In this document: piece after piece, positions 60,012 to 64,000 of the stretch | Layout: every line of letters begins with the position of its first letter | Position numbering within the stretch: the stretch's first letter is position 1 | Source of the DNA: Candidatus Hermodarchaeota archaeon | Lineage (GTDB): Archaea; Asgardarchaeota; Lokiarchaeia; Sigyniarchaeales; SOKP01 | Assembly (NCBI GenBank): GCA_048885525.1 | Contig: JBHLLP010000011.1 | Location: forward strand, 29,103 to 93,102 | Reading direction: 5' to 3' | DNA: 64,000 bases | Position numbers and translations under genes: made by a program | The notes under the pieces: model-generated | Told to the model about the DNA's origin: nothing | The model's input: the letters and a program-made list of their open reading frames with translations, nothing else | Database searches by the model: none

Positions 60012-60542
60012 TTACTTAAGAACGAAAGGTTCAAGACATTTGCTACATACTAATTTATGCCCTTTAGAGTTTAAATTATCAACTAGACTCTCCACTTGTT
60101 CTATTTCTTTTTTATTTGAGCCTTTTTTTATATAGAAAATTAAAGCTATTAGGGAAAGGACTCCAAGGAAAGAAATAAGTATTATAAGCGTTGTATAATA
60201 TGTCTCTAATGTGTTATATGTATCAACAGAATATGGAGATGCTCCAATTAGACCAATTATAAATACTATTACCCAAATCAGTGAACAGTAGAAAAGATAA
60301 CTAAATTTGCGGGTTTTAATTTTCATAATGATATCATTCCGCATCACATTTAATGGGACTCCATATTGATCTTTTTCACATTTTGGACAGTATCCTATTC
60401 TTATTTTTTCTCTTTTTTGTATTTCTTCTTGATCTATTGAATTCTCAATAAGAAAATGCTCACAATTTACACATACAGCTTTTCTTTTTTTCTTAGAAAG
60501 TTCTAAGTTTTGGTTACAGAATTCACAGTAATACCTAACCAT
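60012..60542 (-). CDS. 2-TM protein with four CxxC pairs
   Basis: CEFC, CVNC, CPKC, two TM helices, CSKC. Confidence 0.7.
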   Translation of the reverse strand: MVRYYCEFCNQNLELSKKKRKAVCVNCEHFLIENSIDQEEIQKREKIRIGYCPKCEKDQYGVPLNVMRNDIIMKIKTRKFSYLFYCSLIWVIVFIIGLIGASPYSVDTYNTLETYYTTLIILISFLGVLSLIALIFYIKKGSNKKEIEQVESLVDNLNSKGHKLVCSKCLEPFVLK

Positions 60543-60759
60543 TCTTATCCCCTAAAAATATTCATATGGTTTTCTGATAAGCAATCTTAAAGAAAATTTA
60601 AAATTTCTTATTTCAAATTAAAAGTAAATTTGGAGAGTGGTAAATTAAAAAATTTCAGAATAGAATATTATGCAATTAACTGTAAAAATCCAGAATAAAT
60701 TATATTGAAAAAATTTTGATTTATTTGATAAAAAAAATTTAAAATTTATAAAAAAAAGC

Positions 60760-61368
60760 CTATTGAATTTCTATTTTTTTCTTTTTTTTCTGTTCTACGT
60801 CTTTCTTAAGCAATTTTAGAGTCAAAACACCCTTATCTAATTTAGCATCAATATTATCTTCGTCAATATTTTCAGGAATAGTAAAGCTTCTATGATAACT
60901 TGAACTATGATATTCTTTTCTTACAAAGCCTTCCTTCTTTTCTTCGTGCTCTTTCTTTTGTTCGCCTTTAATTTCTAGAATCCCATCATGAACTGTGATC
61001 ACGATATCTGCCTTATCTAAACCCGGGAGTTCAGCGGTTATACTATATTTATCTCCTTCATCAGTAATATTTGTAAGTGGAGTTCGGAAAAATTTATCCT
61101 CATCGAATAGACTTAAATTAAATGGTTCAAAATCCCAAAGACGAGCTGGGCTCCAAAATCTATTGAAATAGCGGTCCATCTCATCAAAAAATCTATCGAA
61201 ATTACTGAATAGAGACATTGGTCGGTATTTTCTTAATTGAATTGCATTCTTTTCGTTTTGATTCTTAGGAGTATTTTTGATGCTTTCATTTGACTCTGTA
61301 GATTCGCCTTTTTTGATCTTAATTTCTTTCTTTTCTTTTATTTCGGTCATAATATCAGCCTCCATCAA
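60760..61368 (-). CDS. hsp20: Small heat-shock protein Hsp20 (likely starts at MTEIK after GGAGG)
   Basis: AELPGLDK, LEIKGE, HRSFTIPE, AKLDKGVLTL. Confidence 0.93.
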   Translation of the reverse strand: MMEADIMTEIKEKKEIKIKKGESTESNESIKNTPKNQNEKNAIQLRKYRPMSLFSNFDRFFDEMDRYFNRFWSPARLWDFEPFNLSLFDEDKFFRTPLTNITDEGDKYSITAELPGLDKADIVITVHDGILEIKGEQKKEHEEKKEGFVRKEYHSSSYHRSFTIPENIDEDNIDAKLDKGVLTLKLLKKDVEQKKKKKIEIQ

Positions 61369-61656
61369 TTTTTATTTTAATTTTTATGTCAATCATTCTT
61401 CGTCAAACATCAATTGACAATCAATAATTACATATTAATTTCAGTATTTAAATGTTTTCATGGTGAAAAATATGACTAAAAAGCTCTAAAGTACTGAAAA
61501 TGATGAGAAGATCATTTGAGAAATTTGAAGATAAAATCTCTTTTTCCGTGTAAATTTTATTCAATAATTAAAATCTCCTTTAATAAATAATGGAAAATCT
61601 TTTATTGAATTATTTTCTGGTATTCTTGACTAAAAATAGATAAAAAGGTATGAAAT

Positions 61657-62019
61657 GTGATTCTTTCAATAATTAGTGGAATATATGCAATAGTGATAGG
61701 AATAGGAATTATAGGACTTTGGACAATGCTGCTTCTAACAAAACAAGTACCAGAATTAAAAACAGAACCTGTAGCAATAAAATTTCATATAACTGCTGAA
61801 ATGACAATGGGGATCCTTTCTCTAATTAGTGGAATTCTTCTTCTTATTGGGCTCTCTTGGGCACCTTATTTCTTTATTCTCGCAACAGGATTAGTTATTT
61901 ATGCTGTTATCAATTCAGCAGGCTACTATGGACAAAGAAAACAGTGGTTATTTGTGATTATGTTCGGTATAATTCTTATTGCTTCAGTTAGCCTTGTAAT
62001 ATTGAACATATTCATGTGA
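61657..62019 (+). CDS. 4-TM hypothetical membrane protein
   Basis: Four hydrophobic segments, FHITAE, INSAGYY. Confidence 0.75.
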   Translation: MILSIISGIYAIVIGIGIIGLWTMLLLTKQVPELKTEPVAIKFHITAEMTMGILSLISGILLLIGLSWAPYFFILATGLVIYAVINSAGYYGQRKQWLFVIMFGIILIASVSLVILNIFM

Positions 62020-62087
62020 AAAAATCAAATACTAAATCATGAATTAGGTCTTTAACTTTACCTTCATTATAATATATAGATTAGTAC

Positions 62088-62831
62088 TTGAAAATTGTAA
62101 ATAATACTAATGTTAAAGCTTTAATTGGTACATCAGGGTGGATGTATAATCATTGGAAAGGTCCCTTTTATCCAGAAAGATTTCCTAATAATAAAATGCT
62201 TAAACAGTATGTAAAATATTTTGAAACTGTTGAAGTAAATAGTACTTTTTATAGATTGCCTTCCGCAAGTACAGTTCAAAAATGGATGGATGAAACTCCT
62301 GAACACTTTATTTTTGCTATAAAAGCTAACCAATTTATTACTCATAGAAAGTATCTTAAAGATGGGCAAGAAACTACTAAAAAATTCTTTGAGGTTATTG
62401 ACCTATTAAAACATAAATTAGGTCCTGTGCTATTCCAGCTTCCTCCAAATTGGCAATTAAATCTCGAAAGGTTAGAAGAATTTGTTAAAATTCTCCCTAA
62501 GCAATACATTTTTGCCTTCGAAATGCGAAATCCAAGTTGGTACGTTCCAGATCTTATTGATTTGTTAAAAAAATTTAATATTGCTCTATGTATTCATGAC
62601 TTTACCGGGGATTTATTATTAGAGCAGATTACTGCGAACTTTATTTATATACGATTTCATGGACCAGTAGGTCCTTATTATGGAAAATATTCAAGTGATC
62701 ATCTTAATCAATGGGTTGAAAAAATTAATACGTGGCTAAGGCAAAATATCAAGATTTTTGCGTACTTTAATAATGATGCTCACGGTTGGGCGGTAGAAAA
62801 TGCCTTAGAATTAAAGCATCATATAATATGA
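62088..62831 (+). CDS. DUF72 (YecE) family protein
   Basis: IGTSGW, VEVNSTFY, LFQLPP, YIRFHG, YFNND. Confidence 0.93.
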   Translation: MKIVNNTNVKALIGTSGWMYNHWKGPFYPERFPNNKMLKQYVKYFETVEVNSTFYRLPSASTVQKWMDETPEHFIFAIKANQFITHRKYLKDGQETTKKFFEVIDLLKHKLGPVLFQLPPNWQLNLERLEEFVKILPKQYIFAFEMRNPSWYVPDLIDLLKKFNIALCIHDFTGDLLLEQITANFIYIRFHGPVGPYYGKYSSDHLNQWVEKINTWLRQNIKIFAYFNNDAHGWAVENALELKHHII

Positions 62832-62871
62832 GGTTTAGATAATCAAAAATAATTAAGTCTATAACCTAAAT

Positions 62872-63504
62872 TCATATATATGCTTCTTTTGATTTCTCAT
62901 CTAATATTTCATTAATAACTTCTTTAAAAATTTCATAAGGTTGAGCTCCAATAATTAGTCTTTCTTCAATAATGAATGAAGGAACACCATTTATTCCATA
63001 CTTTCTTAATTCTCCTAAAGATTTTCGTACTTCTTTATAAGGTTCATCTGTATCTAAGTAAAATTCAATTTCATTCTTATCTAGTCCAACCGATTCAGCA
63101 AGATCTAATAACAAACTTTTATCTCCAATATCTTTTCCTTCTAACCAATAAGCTTCCAGTACTAATTTATGAAATTTTTCAAATTTCCCCTTTTTCCGAG
63201 CAAACTCAGAAATATAGAGAGCTAATCGTGAATTCGGTAATTTTTCTGCAAACTTAAGAGTTAACCCATCCTCCTCCGCAAGACGTTTAACGTTAGCGAA
63301 TGCCATCTCTAAATATCCTTTAGGAAAAGGCAAATCCTCAATTGAAGCGCCCCGCTTTGGTGTTTCAGGATGAATCTCAAATGGCCTCCATTCCACATCA
63401 AGATTATACTCTTCTTTGAGTTTTTCTATTCGATGATATCCAATATAGCAAAATGGACAAATATAATCAGAATACGCTATAACTTTTATTTTTGGTTCAC
63501 TCAT
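62872..63504 (-). CDS. DsbA/FrnE-family thiol oxidoreductase
   Basis: SDYICPFCYIG, PFEIHP, GVPSF, GAQP. Confidence 0.92.
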   Translation of the reverse strand: MSEPKIKVIAYSDYICPFCYIGYHRIEKLKEEYNLDVEWRPFEIHPETPKRGASIEDLPFPKGYLEMAFANVKRLAEEDGLTLKFAEKLPNSRLALYISEFARKKGKFEKFHKLVLEAYWLEGKDIGDKSLLLDLAESVGLDKNEIEFYLDTDEPYKEVRKSLGELRKYGINGVPSFIIEERLIIGAQPYEIFKEVINEILDEKSKEAYI

Positions 63505-63601
63505 GTGTAGGTTTAAGAAAAATGAAAAAACATATATACTTTTTTCATTTAAAAATTAAGATAAATTAGAATGAAATTTATTCTTTAGAAATTCTTATAT
63601 T

Positions 63602-63673
63602 ATGATGCTGTGTATAGGATTCCTGGTAATTTTGATAATTGCTGTTGTCGTTGTGATTGCAATAAGCATGTAA
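63602..63673 (+). CDS. 23-aa single-TM micro-peptide (not in ORF track)
   Basis: MMLCIGFLVILIIAVVVVIAISM followed by a T9 tract. Confidence 0.35.
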   Translation: MMLCIGFLVILIIAVVVVIAISM

Positions 63674-63788
63674 ATCCTTATTTTTTTTTATCAATTCAAT
63701 ATTTTCTACGAAATGAAGTTTACATCCATTTAAACAGAATTTTAATTTAGTATTTTAATAATATTAACTCGGTGTTATACATGAAATT

Positions 63789-64000
63789 TTATTGATTAAA
63801 ACCTTCCTTATCCAATTGGGAATTACAAAGCTCATCACATTTTTGAATATATGGATTTTTCCGGCTCACATGAAAGAATTCAACCTTCTTATATTTATTA
63901 CAGAGTCGATATACTTCATTACACATGTCAGTTAGATGAGGATAATTGATTTTCCATTTCCTGTTAATCTGTTGGATTACCAAATTGCTGTCAGAAAATA
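63789..64000 (-). CDS. rnhA: Ribonuclease HI (5' partial)
   Basis: SDSNLVIQQI...WKIN, HVSR.N...CDELCN; the frame runs to the window end. Confidence 0.85.
   Translation of the reverse strand, partial: FSDSNLVIQQINRKWKINYPHLTDMCNEVYRLCNKYKKVEFFHVSRKNPYIQKCDELCNSQLDKEGFNQ

Noticed and set aside
2983-63257. Short antisense or overlapping ORFs in the track (for example 2983, 13190, 14425, 15957, 22361, 31176, 32299, 51493, 51700, 62976)
   Set aside because: They are shadows of well-supported genes on the other strand or frame and carry no recognisable motifs
1-64000. Selenoprotein (in-frame TGA) candidates
   Set aside because: The TGA codons I examined fall at natural C-termini or just upstream of starts; I saw none at a catalytic Cys position with homology continuing beyond it
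1-64000. tRNA, rRNA, CRISPR arrays, IS elements
   Set aside because: No GC-rich structured RNA islands, no regularly spaced repeat-spacer units and no transposase or integrase ORFs were seen by eye

Overview
This is a very AT-rich, gene-dense archaeal window. The gene content points to an Asgard archaeon, most likely Lokiarchaeia (inference): an Arf-like GTPase fusion, longin-like domains, tandem Lrp/AsnC regulators, 7TM proteins with a C-terminal RING-like finger, DUF3795/DUF998 paralogs and GAGGTGA-type ribosome-binding sites. I saw no rRNA, tRNA, CRISPR array or transposase. Most genes are accessory metabolic, transport or regulatory genes. Highlights: (1) a minus-strand cluster at 13644-18631 encoding a 7TM protein, a 2TM-HAMP-TPR-vWA protein, an output-less 2TM-HAMP protein and a beta-propeller/appendage(GAE)/platform protein with BBSome/coat-like architecture, preceded by phased 21-bp repeats; (2) a longin-like/Arf GTPase/longin-like/PAS/PAS/GAF/pseudo-histidine-kinase fusion; (3) a 1928-aa single-pass surface protein with a cytoplasmic longin-like domain; (4) four genes that appear to start at ATT-type codons; (5) three disrupted genes and several unannotated micro-ORFs. 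All family assignments come from motif recognition by eye, not from database searches.
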